Of a stretch of 64,000 nucleotides of DNA, positions 18,218 through 31,495 are shown one piece after another. Source of the DNA: Spizellomyces punctatus DAOM BR117 (taxonomy: Eukaryota); NCBI GenBank assembly GCA_000182565.2, contig KQ257451.1; one strand, written 5' to 3'. Below the pieces are notes generated by a model. That model saw only the letters and a program-made list of their open reading frames with translations. It searched no databases and was not told the DNA's origin. Position 1 is the first letter of the stretch. Every line of letters starts with the position of its first letter. The position numbers were made by a program, and so were the translations under genes.

Positions 18218-19377
18218 ATGCTGCGAACAAGGACATCGACGGCCGTGTTTCGGCGGCCAATACTATCCCGATCGTTTCGAACGACACCAAAATGCCGTGA
18301 CGAAGCCGTGTCTGACGAATCCTCCCAGTCCGCTGAGACCAAACTGACACTAACGCCCCAGGAACTTGCACGCCAACGAGCCGATGCATGGCTAAAGGAA
18401 GAATCTGGCGGTCTAAAATTCAAGAACGCTAGTACAGCCACCTTTGTTGGAAAGGGTGATAGGGTACGAAATTTTGGTTGAATTGGCAGTTTCTCCTTAG
18501 GTGCTAAGTCTCACGTTGAAATCAGCCCTTTCCCATGAACCCTCTTTTTCGACCACAAGCACCTCTCAACGATGCAACACGCAACGAGATATTCAAATTT
18601 TACCTAGAAGACCCCAAACACTGGACTCCTCGTGCGCTAGCGGAGCATTTTGGTTTATCTATTGTTCGCGTACAGGCCATTTTGCGGTTAAAGGCTTTGG
18701 GAGAACAGTGGAAGAAGGAGGTTGGTCTCTCGAATAGAGTGGTCATTAATACTTTAATGGTGTCACTAAATTTGCCGGGATTAGGACAAACCGTTGCAAA
18801 CGGAGCTGACCCGCGGCATGGAGAACATGTTGAATTCGGTGGAGTTGAAACCTGGGCAAAGGCGCCTCCGACCACGGGAGCAGTTGCGATCCACTCCAGC
18901 GAAACGATTGCAGCCGTTCTTCCGTATGATGAATGAGGAGGAACTTTTCACTCCCGAGGTGCGGACATCTGTGTGCCTATGCTGATTAAGAGGGAAGGGG
19001 CTGGCTAACGTTGTATCCACAGGACGCGGCAAAGTTGATGCAAATGGATCCTTACGCCAATCTACAGCGCAAGTTGGACGAAGCTGCTGACCATGTGTTC
19101 CAAATGGAAGCACCAAAGAGTAAGGAAGTCTCGAAGCCTTTGCGGGAGGATGCGGCTCAGAAGAGTCGGTTTCAGTTCATGATTGTTGACAATGGGAACG
19201 TCGAGGTTAGTGCTGCATCCAATATCTGAATAGCGCAGCATTCCCGTTGCTTACATACGTTGTCTGTCGATGTAGAAAGCAAAAGTGCTGATCCGGGATA
19301 GAGATGGCAAGTTGCGTAATGCAACTGTTGAGGAGAGGTTCAGGCGAAAGAACCAAAAGCCAAAGTTCATTATGTAA
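18218..19377 (+). CDS. MRPS35: Mitochondrial small ribosomal subunit protein mS45 (Bot1p family)
   Basis: Arg/Ser/Thr-rich mitochondrial presequence; PFPMNPLFRPQAPLND..RALAEHFGLSIVRVQAILRLKALG; C-terminal RFQFMIVD and IRDRDGKLRNA. Confidence 0.8.
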
Positions 19378-19473
19378 TCGCCACTGACCCATGTAGAAAT
19401 CACTTATTTTATTGAATCATTATCCACAAAAAAATCGAAAGAAAATATAGGCTAGGGTAACAAACTTTTATGG

Positions 19474-21964
19474 TTATCCCTCGTTCTTTTCTGACCTCTG
19501 TAGGGTTAGATGAAGAAGAGAGACGATAGGGGATACGTGACCGGTGGCTTCTTGGACCTGCTCTGTAGCATACTGCAAATCAGCATGAATTGCGTTTTTG
19601 ACAGTCAGAACCTAGGGGTGAATCAACGTTAGGCAAACTGATTGTCAATACCAATCCAAATAAGTTCTGGTCTACCTTTTGCTCAATAGCCTCGACGGAC
19701 GCTAAGGACTCCGAATGTCCGTTTTTGAAAGCATTGCTTACACCTTCAACCGTCTGGATGTATCTCTGCGCCACAAGTTGCGCTCCCTTAAGCGAGTAGG
19801 GCCGACAATCAATCAGCCGCCAAATCGGTTCCACCAAATTCATGGCTACCTACGGCTACAAGTCGAATTACCACCTGGCGCAAACGTTTCGCCAGTTCGG
19901 TCGATGATAGAGTTGCTGTTGATGCGGTGAGATCCTTTGGTGTCTCCGAACTATATTTGAGTCGCTCTTCTGCGATTCGCATCAACAGCTCTTCAGCGAC
20001 CCGTAGTATCTGACGGGCATTGAGATCAGCAACAGGCATGGAATGAGGAACGCTACATATTCACTGACCTGTTCGCAAGACTTCTCTCCAATAGCAGCCA
20101 GAGAGTTCATGGCTTCGCCATACCTGCAAACATGTATCAATTCGCATTGTGGCATCAGTGATATAGGAAGCACGATAGAACTCACGTTGTCATCATGAAC
20201 TCTTCAGTAGCGGACGTGACATCGTTTGGTTCACCGTCTGCAGCCACGGATTCAATTTCTACAATTGCAAGGACTTAAGCATTTTCGTAATGGCGATCAG
20301 AACCTGACTCCCTGCAGCACCTTTTTCATAAACCACCACTTGCTCATCCCGGAATATTTGCGCCTCGGAGACGATCTGAGTCACGGCTCGTACCTGAGAG
20401 CCATTTTCGACGCCTAGGTCATGCAAAAGCTTCATCTGGAAACAATGAGTTGCGTTAACAGCTAAGAGCATCTGAGAAGCGGTACAAAAGATGCCTACCA
20501 GTTCTTTGGCCCCATCTTCTGAATCTACTGAGTATTCGCCCAACGCCGCTGCCTCATCTGCGATATTATCGATCGTCAGCAGGGCTTCGATGGTGGCAAT
20601 CTCTGAGCGAGCTTGATCCGGGTGGAGGGCGCTCACTCGCACCTGGGATTCAGTCGACAACATCTCCAGTGCCTAAGTTACGTTACACATTAGCCTGGTG
20701 GAATGGGTTTAAGGCTTATATAGAACCCACCTGCAGATGGGCTGTTCCAGAATTGTTTTCAAAGACAGATTGTATCGTCACCTGACGGAACTTTGCGGGG
20801 GCCCGGGTATCCTAATCACTCACACATGAGGTGCTAGTGTTAAAAGCAAACGCTCAATGAAATTCCCCTATTACCGAGTCCGCGTCCAATTGGTTCAACC
20901 CCAGGAAATTAAACGCCTTCTCGCCAAAGCTCTCAAGCGCTCCTATAGTTTCTTTGACAACCGCTCCACCGCTATGCATCCCATCCTGCAATACGGTCGA
21001 CTGCTGAACCTCCCGCGTGACCTTTGTGAAGGTTTGTTTTGCTTTTTCTCCCAGCTTTGCCTCTTCGATTTTCTTGTATCCTGCCTGCAAAGTACTAAGA
21101 GATTAGAGAGTGAGGTGTACATACCAAAGGTCCCTCGCCAGATAAGGAAAACTGGTAAAGTAGCTCACCATAAACGTATTTCCGAGGGCGCTCGATGCGG
21201 AGTCGAACACCTTGTCAATCGATGTAAGAACTGTTTCGACCCCTTCCACCGCGGCACTCTAAATCAATATAACATTAGCTTGGCATTGCCTGCAAAGGGT
21301 ATTAAGTCTGACAATTAGATACCCCAATTCCTTTTGCAGCATTGAGCGCCGGCGTGCTGATATCCTTCTCCTGTGGTACCTCTCGGGCTTGTGTCTCCTC
21401 TGCATCTTCGCTCTGCGGTACTATTCCGTTTCGTGTAGCCGCCTCGCGCTTCAACTCTTGATGGAATACTACTATATCAGCGCAAGATTATTCATTATCC
21501 ATGTATGCGGTCCCCAATCACCTTGCTCCCGCAAATAATCCGGATCAATCGCTTCGTACACTTTGTCAAAAGAGTCTATTGTGGTTTTTTTGATGTTCTT
21601 CCCTATACCAAGAAATTTATGAAAGAGTACAGAATTAGAATGGTGATAGCTGACTATGTTCGAAAGCCACCTTACCAATCACCGAAGCGGTTTTCGCTAC
21701 ATCGGATTTTTCAATTGCCTCCGTCACAGCGTGCGCCGCTCCAGATAAAGCCGAGCTGAAGTTGCTCCAGCCTCCCCAGCCTCCCCATCCGCTGCCTTGT
21801 CGATCAGCAGGGACATTTTGAGCTGTAATAATATATCCTTAAAATAACCCGAATGAAATAGTAGGATTCAGGAGATCCTAACCAGCGCTTTCCGGTGTTT
21901 GAGCATTCGCGACGCTGGGCGGCTCCTCAACGCTTCTTTTCTCAATATACTCCACATCCGACAT
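19474..21964 (-). CDS. FAM114A: FAM114A (DUF719)-like protein, multi-exon
   Basis: Spliced product contains GSGWGGWGGWSNFSSALSGA, LESFGEKAFNFL, FENNSGTAHLQ|ALEMLSTES and a terminal helical region, in the same order as the FAM114A motifs. Confidence 0.75.
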
Positions 21965-22186
21965 ATTTTATGCGATCGTGCTTTCTGGGGTTTTAAACAA
22001 GATCGTAATTGGCCAGACAGTGCGATGCTAGCCCACATGTGCGAAGCTGGCACAGACGCGTGAGTCATCGATCACGTAATGCGCGCAAGACCCTTTGAGT
22101 GCTCACGAGTTCAATCAAGAACACAGAGCAATACGGCGTACCAATTATCTATAATTCATGTATAAGTAGCCCTTTGGAAAAAGAAA

Positions 22187-23130
22187 ATGCAAACCGAGCC
22201 CCACGAGGATGTTCCAGATCCGGTGAGATCCACACCGGTTTACGAAGGTCCGCGACGAAAAATAGTTATAGCTCTTGGTTAGTGGTCGTCGTTTCACCAA
22301 GCAAACAGTAATAGAACCATGATGCATTGATGCAGCTACACGACAGACAGCTCCCGGCACTCTAAGCATGCTCTCTCATGGGCTCTTGACAACTTGCTTG
22401 ATGTTGACACGGACCATAGTAAGCTACTGATGACGTGCCGGAAAGTTGGTGGTCAGGCTCATATACGTCGTGCAGTCATTCTTCTAAGCGTTGGGATATT
22501 TCATGATCGACTCGGGGACGTCATGGCTGCGGCTTTGGGACCAGTGTATGATGCAGATCGCATGGAGAGTATTTCTAAGCAGGTTAATTGAATATTGCAT
22601 GCTCAAGACAATCAAATGTCGTCCATTGATTTCCCCGCATCGTTCATTAGGCAGAGCAATATGCATCAAAGATCCTTGATGAAGCTACGAACGTTATCAA
22701 TGAGCACGCGGAATATTTGGGCCAAAATGCTAAGGCAAGATGTGACGAGGCCTGAAGCTCATAAGATTGCGGCTCAAAAGCATGCCTCTTGCAGATCTCC
22801 CACGAAATATATGCCCTGAAAGGAGGTGACCCGCGCGATGTAATCGTCGATTTCTGTCATGAACGAGCGGCCGATGTGCTGGTACTCGGCAGTCGTGGTC
22901 TGGGTACATTTCAGAGGTACGAGGACTTCACTCTCTTCCGTTCGCTTAGTATAACTCTGGTACCATTTAACAGAACGATTTTGGGGAGTGTGTCTGAACA
23001 TTGTGTTCACCATGCTCCATGTCCTGTAGTAGTTGTTCGGGAAGGAATGTTAGGTCCTAATTCTGCACATGCGCATCCGCACCGAATTCGCAGAGGCAGA
23101 AATGTAGATTCTAGTCAACGTGAAGAATAG
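22187..23130 (+). CDS. Universal stress protein (UspA domain)
   Basis: RRKIVIAL|DSSRHSKHALSWALDNL ... GGDPRDVIVDF..ADVLVLGSRGLG..R|TILGSVSEHCVHHAPCPVVVVR. Confidence 0.92.
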
Positions 23131-26100
23131 GTAGATGTTGGTTGTAGCATGAGGGAACGCCAGCTTCCGAAATGATGTCTGTATAATCTGGCTGTCTGGT
23201 TTGTTTACATGTTGCAGATGGAAACTGAGATATTTTAGAGCCACAAGGGCAATCAAACTGAAACGACTTTGGATATAAGCCGGATTTCTAGTTAATATGA
23301 GCATGCCAGATCAACTCCTTCTGGAGAAAATTCCATTGTCAGATACCCCTTTTCATGAGGAATGTGGATGCCCAAGGCATCTCCTTCATTTCTCGCAACT
23401 GCTAGCAGTGGACAGATGAGATACTCCGGAGAAGGAAAAGTGGGTGCTAATTGAAAACCCCACTGCTTCCGAGACTTGGCCAGCATGCATATCATGGAGG
23501 TGCAAAAGGACCGTCCAAACTCGGTTGGGGCTTGTCATTCTGTTCTAATGATGTATTCCGAATTTTTCCTGTTCTGCACTAAGGACATCATTAATGGGAG
23601 ACATGCCCTCATGTGACTAAATATAGCATGCATTGTGCTTATCTCCTAGTTGGAGGTGATATTGGTGTTCTGTGTGCCAGTGACCAAGAAATTTCCTCCA
23701 CGCAAAATAATCACGACACAACATATTTGTCGACACCAATCTAGGGCACTGCCTGAACACACCCGAGAGGCATCATGCAGAGTGGACCAGCCTGGTTCAA
23801 TACCGTTTCCATTCCCATTATTTCGAAGCATTACATCAGCGGGTGAGAAAGGACTGCTTTGTGCTTTAAGAGTGCACTCAAAATTTAAAATACTTTGAGT
23901 TCTGCATGCTGGTTATCGTAGCTTATAGGTTTGGCATGCATGGGATCCAGCCAAGAGAGTGTCCTGACTTACTGGTCGACACATGGCGCGGCAACAGATG
24001 AGTTTACGGTGTGGACGCCCGAAGCAGTCTTGAGGATTTGACTGGTCATATCTGCCCTTTCAAGCTTTAACATTCTCTTATACCGCACAATCCATACCCG
24101 TACCAGTGAGAGGCACACTTAGCCGTACTATTATTATTAGCAGTGGTCTGCATGCCGTTCGGTGACGTGATTCAGTGTTTTTAACAAACAGAACCTCCGC
24201 CACGCTTGCCCGGATGCAGGAGACGGGGCGCTCTTGACTTTTTGATGCAATATTCATTGTACATGCATCTGCTTGTGGCTGTAAACCCAGATGTCGTGTC
24301 ATGAAAAAGAGGCCGAGACCCGATAAGCAATCTTCTCTAAATGGTTAGCAAGCTGCAAGATAGTACCCACTCCATCGGTGTCTTAGGTCCATGCATTAAA
24401 AGCAAATGCGGCGGTCCTATTGGCGACTTTCATCGCTCTCGTCACTCCCAGATGTCGTGTATCAAGTACCAATATAGGGTCGCCGTGCTGAAGCCATTTC
24501 CATTTGAGAAATATTTGTGCGGTCAGAAGTGAAAACATCAACAACTTAGGTGTCGGTCATTAGAACATTATTACTTTAAGATAACAACCAATCACTGGAA
24601 ACCCCCTTGAGAATGGTCAAATTCTTCTCAGTTGATGCGACAGTTGATATCACTGAATGATGTCCGAATCTGATTGATGACTGTTGATCTAGGAGATATT
24701 GAAGCTCCCGTTACGTTCTCTCTTCTACAACTGCTTGCTCCACCTCCTATTACGTAGTCCCTTCTCCGGTGTCTTCACCACGCTTCAAGGGGAGGATTGA
24801 TTCAGTATTATGGTTGACCCAGCATGGGAAGTGCCTCTAAGCGAAGTCCATGCAATATGCGTCCTCTTGACCAGAGGAATATTGTCCGGTCCGCTACTTC
24901 AATTCGGGTCTGATAACTTGTCCTGTCACGTCGGAGCCTGTAAGGGGGACACGTACTGCCAGAATCAAAAATCCTAGGGATCTTGATATTTGAGCGCCTG
25001 AAATCTCCGTTGAACAGTTCGTCCACCTGTGGCGGCTGGAACGAATTTAACACAGAATCAATCTTGCCGGGTCCATGGCGAAAGGTATTGTTCTCAAACG
25101 TGTCATTAGCACAATGGCGTCAGCATTTTCTGAAAGTTAAGCCCTTGGAGCTCGTAACTTCTGAGGACATTACGTATTTGCAAATGCCCAATATCACACC
25201 ATGGGTGAACAAGTTTCCCCAGTCTCGACATTCTATTGTGTGCACACAAATTTGGGACAGCTGAGATTGCCTCTGGATTGAATGAACACAGATGAAATTT
25301 GGCGATTGGCGATAATCCCAGGAGGTGGCCCGCCGTTAGACTCTGTAATTTGTTCATCCTACATAGTTTACGTAGCTAGCTCTACACGGCTTTATTCGAT
25401 GCAGGTCCAAACATGAAGTAATGGGTCGATCCTAACAGGAAGAACTAACTCTTTTACAATGGGAGCGGGGTCGAAGCAGAGGAGGAGAATTTCATTTCAT
25501 GGGAAAATGCAGGCACCGAGATATACTGGGACACCTTTGACAGCTTTGTTGATCATAATCCTGCCTCCCATTCGGATGACCATGAGTCGATGATGTGCTA
25601 AAATGCAGGGTTGACACAGTGGTAAACGTAGAAGAATATCATGTTATACCTACAGCTTGAGCTGATAAGTATGCTCGGACACTCGGTCAGTGAAGGTATG
25701 GGTTAAAGGGCGTCGGGAGGAATTGGGTACGGGACCTGCAACCCTTGTGATTGAGAGGGATAGGAAAGAGATGACATCGCTCCTCCCGCAATTCGTTACT
25801 CCACGGATTCGACTTCTCATGGGCTGCGGTAGCCACATCCGGCCTGGGCCAAAACTCCATCCCAAATTTCATCCCTTTATCTTTCTCATCCTGAGGCGCG
25901 GGTTAATGTTCATATCTGTCCATCATGTTGAATTGCAAGTCTTTGGAGCTGGTCTCCGCTTCATCGTAGACATTCCTACTGCTGATGGCGCTGACTCATC
26001 TCGTCCCAATCCGTCTTACTTTCCAACTGCTCCTGCCGAGCAAGCTGACAACGGAATGGAGGAGAGTTAGGTGCGGGTTTATGGCTGATGAGCAAGGAAG

Positions 26101-26472
26101 ATCGGGGCGTCTTAAGTGTTGCACGAAGTCTGCACTGCGAATGACATCAGAATAATCATGCTCTTGTTGTTTGTGGATCTTCTACACTTTTGCATACAGA
26201 TATACTGATTTATGCCAGGTGGTCAATGAAATTTAACATCTACAATTTCTGGACGAGCGCAAGTCATTGTTCCAGCAAGGGCAGTACGAAAGTGTCCATG
26301 TCGGCTCTCCACGATCGTGGAGTGGATTAATCGATTTGAATGTATCATATATCCAAATCGGGAACCTATATTTTTTGTTGTTGTAAGTCGCAGCACTTTC
26401 CACAGTACAATACTGGCATTGGCTGGCGAGCGGAGCCGCCTTGGATAGTTCACACCCCCGGGGCACCCTAAA

Positions 26473-27855
26473 ATGTCGACAACAGCAAAAAAGGTCAAGA
26501 AGGACCGACTATCTCTTGGGGGAACCTCGATCCCAAAGAAGAAGCATGTGAAGAGTTCCCAGTTCAAACTGATCACAGCAAAGCTGTACGTTCACCTTCC
26601 ACCGGCTTTTGTTGGCAATGAGGAAGAGGGTGTGTCAGAGCACCTCAGCAAATTTCTTATGCGGTGCGTTATTGACCAAACTATCAAACTGAGTGGCTAC
26701 AATATGAACGAGAGCTAAGCCGCCAGTCGTTGTCTGCAGATACGTACCGGAAGTCGACGGTGTTGTTCTCGCGTACTCTGACGTGGAGGTGCTTGAAGAC
26801 TCAGCGCGCATCCTCTACGATAGTCCATTTATCCACTTATATGTCCGAGCAAAACTTCTTACCTTTTCCCCCTCACTGAAGGCCAACTTGGGTAAGCAGA
26901 ACTCTCGACAATTGCGCATTACAAAACTCTAACATAGTCCGTGAAATAGTTGGCGTTGTGAACAAAGTCTCCCCTGATCATATTGGTCTTCTCGTCCATG
27001 GTGTTTTCAACGCATCGATACCTGCCGATCAGATACGCCGTAAAGAGTTTAAGTGGGATGAGAATGCAGCAGGATGGAGGCGATCGCGTGGTGCAGACGG
27101 GGAGGAGATGGTAGTGGGACCAGGCTCCGTCATCAGATTCACAGTCACAGAGTAAGTCACGCAACTATCTCCCTTGAGCGCTAAATCATCCGAAACTTAT
27201 CTTGGCCTATAGCCTTACAAAGGCGAAGGAGATGTTGACAATAGTGGGATCACTTGTCACGGATCCCGACAACACCGGGGTTATTGTATCACCCGATCTT
27301 CCACCAGCACCACTTCCTGAGCTCCATGAAGAAGAGGAGGAAGACTTTGGCGTGACGCCAATGGATGGGGTCGAAGAGAACGGAGAGTCACCGAAACCTG
27401 AAGGAACACCAGATATAACTAGCTCTCAAGCAACCCCAAGACCAACTGCAACATCTGCAAAGCTAACCCCCGCATCAGCTAAGAGGAAGCGCACCCAAGT
27501 GGAAGTGGAAGAAGATGAGAAGAAACCTCTAACACCCACAGCCGCGCACATCGAAGCTGCTGAGGAACAGGAGACGCCGTCACAGAAGAAACCTAAAAAG
27601 AAAAAGCAGAAAATAAAGGAGGAAGGAGAGACAGTACAAGTGAAGAAGGAGGAGGAGGAGAGTGATGGTGCGGAGAAGGAGAAAGGAAAAAAACGAAATA
27701 CCAGAGGAAAGCGAGAAGGCAGAACACCGAAAAAGGAGGCGAAGGAGGCGCCGGTTGAAACTGGGGCTGCAACATCCGACGACAAACTGGTAGTAAAATC
27801 AGAGGGAGAGACAAGCGCGAAGAAAAAGAAGAAGACTAAGACGGAGAAAAGCTGA
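26473..27855 (+). CDS. RPA43: RNA polymerase I subunit RPA43 with Lys/Glu-rich tail
   Basis: LYVHLPPAF..EHLSKFLMR|YVPEVDGVVLAYSDV..ILYDSPFIHL; GVVNKVSPDHIGLLVHGVFNASI. Confidence 0.9.
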
Positions 27856-27984
27856 ATTTCCAAAGCTAACCAGCTCCAGATAGTGTCGGCGCGAGTACGG
27901 TGCTGGTCGTATATTTGCGCCGTGTAACATACGGTGAATAGAATTGTCCTTAACATGCTATTTACAATCACTCTCCATTTCACA

Positions 27985-30862
27985 TCAGTGACCGCTACTC
28001 TGTTTCTTTGCCCTGGCCGCCTTTGCCTCGTTATTATATGCTACAGCCTGCTGAGTTGTAGGAAAGTCCACATCCCAAAACCTATGTGAAATACATAATG
28101 ATTTAAAGTGGTATCAAGATATGTGGTCCTACGATGACATACCCGGGTGGAGTATCTGGCGGAGCATGCCAATGACGATGTCGTGAAACTTTCTGGAGGC
28201 GGTCAGCTTCTGAGGGAGGGGCGGCACCAAGTTCGTGTAGAGGTTTTATAGGACCGGCCGCTTTGTAGAACTAGAGTAAGCAAGACAGTCCCAATTAATT
28301 GGATCTCAAGCCATGTGATTAGAGTTGCCTTTGACCTACGCCAGTGCAGCATGCGCAGTCCTCTGCATGCATCTTCTTTCTTTGTTCCTTGTTACGCACG
28401 ACTTCATGATATTTATAGGGGACACCATTCTTGCTGGTGGTATGCGCCACGTCTCCCGCTGGTGACTTATTGTGTGCCGAGGTAGATCCTCTAGAGGATG
28501 GGATATTTTCGCTCTGTTCATTATCTCCAGGTTGACGACCAGGATTAGCGCTCTCTGCTTTATCCGGACTGGTAACGCTGACTATTGTTAGACTGCTTGA
28601 GTGTCTCCTGTGGCGATCGCTCCTAGGCTTTATACGTTTACTTTTAGCCAGAGCACCTGTTGTGCTCTTGCTCGTGGGACCATCACTGTGACCAGTACTC
28701 GTGTCCGAATCTTCCAGCCGCTTGGTGGATACGGTAGGTATATTCGCTTGAGGGTCCTTTGCTGTAACATATCCGCCACCACTTTGTTCGCTGCGCGCGT
28801 TCGTCACTTCTGAGCCTGCAACCCTTGGGGAAGAATCCTTTGCAGGTGACAACAGCTTGCGTTTGCTGACCAAGAAGGGAGATTTACCGTCTTCCTTCGC
28901 ACCAGATCGGACAGTCTCCCTCATTCTTCGGACGCTTCGACCATCAGGTGTTTCTGTTATAATGGTTCCTTGCACATTAAGGTCGTGGCAGTTTTGAGCT
29001 ATGGTGTTATTTTGGCTCTCCTCCGCAAAGTTTTCTGCATGTACGTACAGTGAAGAATGGCAGAGAGGAGGGGGTAAGGGCCCCGGCGAAAACTCCATGC
29101 TGTAGGGTGACGATGCACCTAGCAAGTTTTGTTTGCGTGTGGGATTCTTTGGAGTCGACTGTTCCGTACCCAAAATGTCTACGTCATCTGTGTCCCATGT
29201 ACACAGAAGCAGTAAAGGGTTAGGAGCATCAACCTATAAGATGGTCATTTTGTATGGTCGGCATAACGGTCTCACCTTCATCCGGGAATTCGCCGACTGA
29301 CATCAAAACGGAAGGACCCACATCTGCTGGGTCCCGGAATCCCTGACCTCTTGCTATATCGATAGGTGAAGGAAGAGCTCCCATGACTGCATCTTCGGCA
29401 GTTAAAGTCTCATCTACGATCACTACGGCTTCCTTCGTTTTTCTTTGATAGACCATATCGATTGGTGGGCTATTCAGAGAAGTTTGCGGTGCTTGCGAGT
29501 GCGAGAGTACAACGACAGAGTCTAAGGTGATGTTTTCTTTCGGCCCTAGCATGGTGGGAGGGACGGGAGCCGGAGCGACTGCCACATGCGCCTCTGTTGA
29601 TGGTTCATTGATATAGCTATGACAATTCTGGTAAGGTTAACTTTACCAACAAACAACGAGCACACCAGAAGCGTAGTTACCTTTCGCGGTTGACGCCTAT
29701 AACAGTTGCCAGGGGAAGGCTTTTTTGGCGCTTGGCGTGAGGCACACATGGTGAAGTATCTGTCACGCAGTAAAACGTTTTGAGATGTGAATCACAAATG
29801 ATTTTTGCGCGCACAGCCAACCTTCGTCTCCGGCACCTTTCCTTCGTCTGTCCTGTTTTCCATCGATACCCTGCTCATGCGTTCGTTCATGGCTGATAGC
29901 GTTGACCATTCGTATCTGATCGAGAGAAGCTTTGTTTTGGGCCGCTAATGAGGATCCCTCTTCACCAGTCTGTACTGGGAAAATGTCGTTCAGATCACTC
30001 GTATCATTCTCCTTTCTTCTCTTCTTGATGGCTCGCTGGATTTGATGCTTTCCGTATTCTTGTCTAAATTGCATCCACTTCTCTTGCTTCTCATCCATCA
30101 AACGTGGGAGCGCAGCGTTTTTACCGCGTTGTTGTTCATACATAGACTGTAGTCTCGCATATTCTTCAGCTTTGCTTTGCCTCAGCTCTGCATTCTCCCG
30201 TTGAAGCCTAAATGTGTGGGAATCATACACATGAACATCAACAGGTGCATCTTCGGAACAACCAGTAGTAACATAAAAATACACACTTGGCAACTTGTGA
30301 ATTTAAGCTATCCAATACGGACTGGGATGCCCGAGTATCCGTCGCGGATTCAGAAAGAAGTCCTTTCTGTAATTGCGTTCTGCAGGTAAGAACATCTATG
30401 TTCAGATCGGAAGCGTTCAACTTGTATGAAAAGGATCCAGCATAACCTCAACTGCTCTGCCTCGGCTTGCGCTTTCCTCCATCTCTTCTCCGCCCTTTCC
30501 GCGCGCGATTCCGCGTGTATTGCCCGTTCTTGAACAATACGAAGCTGTTCTCGTAGGTCTCTCACAATCTGGATATGTTTGTCTTCCGCACGGGCTAGCT
30601 GAACCTTGAGTGCCTCGCTCTCAGCATTTGTGTGTGATATTCGTTCGAGGAATTGGCGACGAACATCTAAAGTGAAGTGTTCAGTGTACAAAGGCTGACA
30701 GAAAAGTGACATTCAGAGTGAGCACCACCTACTGTTCAACTCGAAGTTATGCAAGTCCCACATATGGCAGAGTGCAGCGTCAAAGCTCGTGGGTTGTTGC
30801 CCATGAGGAGGCGGCGGACGTGCAGGCGAGGCCGCTGGATGCCCGCCTTCCCCGACGGGCAT
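27985..30862 (-). CDS. SAE2: CtIP/Ctp1/Sae2 DNA end-resection factor
   Basis: N-terminal coiled coil and long disordered middle; C-terminal YKYHEVVRNKEQRKKMHAEDCACC|FY..SRHRHWHAPPDTPPG|FWDVDFPTTQ (CxxC, RHR and CDK-type TP motifs). Confidence 0.9.
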
Positions 30863-31495
30863 TTTTAGGACATACAAAATGAGCCGTTCGGAACCAATGG
30901 GCCTCTCTTGAGTAGCTGCAGAGTTCGTAGCAATGAGCAGCTGCTGGGAAACGCTGGCAGAACAGTCCGAAATCTCAGTGGTTGTATCGCTATTGCTGTA
31001 AATGGTTAAATGAAAATATTACTCTTTTCGGAAATACGTCGATTTGGTCAGATACGGTTGACTTTTGGCCGTCGCCGTCGTTGGATCTCATTGATACAGG
31101 TGCTGGGAAACGATGGTTCACATGCGGGTCATTGGGTATGAAACTCATATTAACTATGAACAAACATTACGAATAGTTTTAACAGTGTCCTGCTGGATGG
31201 ACAAGCAGGAGCTTATCCTGAATGAGAGTTCAAGATCTATAACGTTCGGCATCTTCCAAGATCCATCCTTTGTCTCTCCGATATCCGTCCTGCTCATGAC
31301 AAGAATCTGCATCAGTAACGTTGGTTTAGTGAATTAGCAATATGGCAGTATACCCTTTTTAGGCAATAATGATCGGACTTTGCGGGGCGCTTCAGAGAGT
31401 GACTCAAGGTGGGGTGCTTAGTCCCATGACGCTCACTGGTCCCCTTCCATCCTGGCAAGCTCGACCTTCTAGATCTCATTTGCCGTTGACAAAAC

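Noticed and set aside
27426-27983. 185-aa minus-strand Phe/Ser-rich ORF
   Set aside because: Antisense shadow of the Lys/Glu-rich RPA43 tail; CtIP stops at 27985-27987 in another frame.
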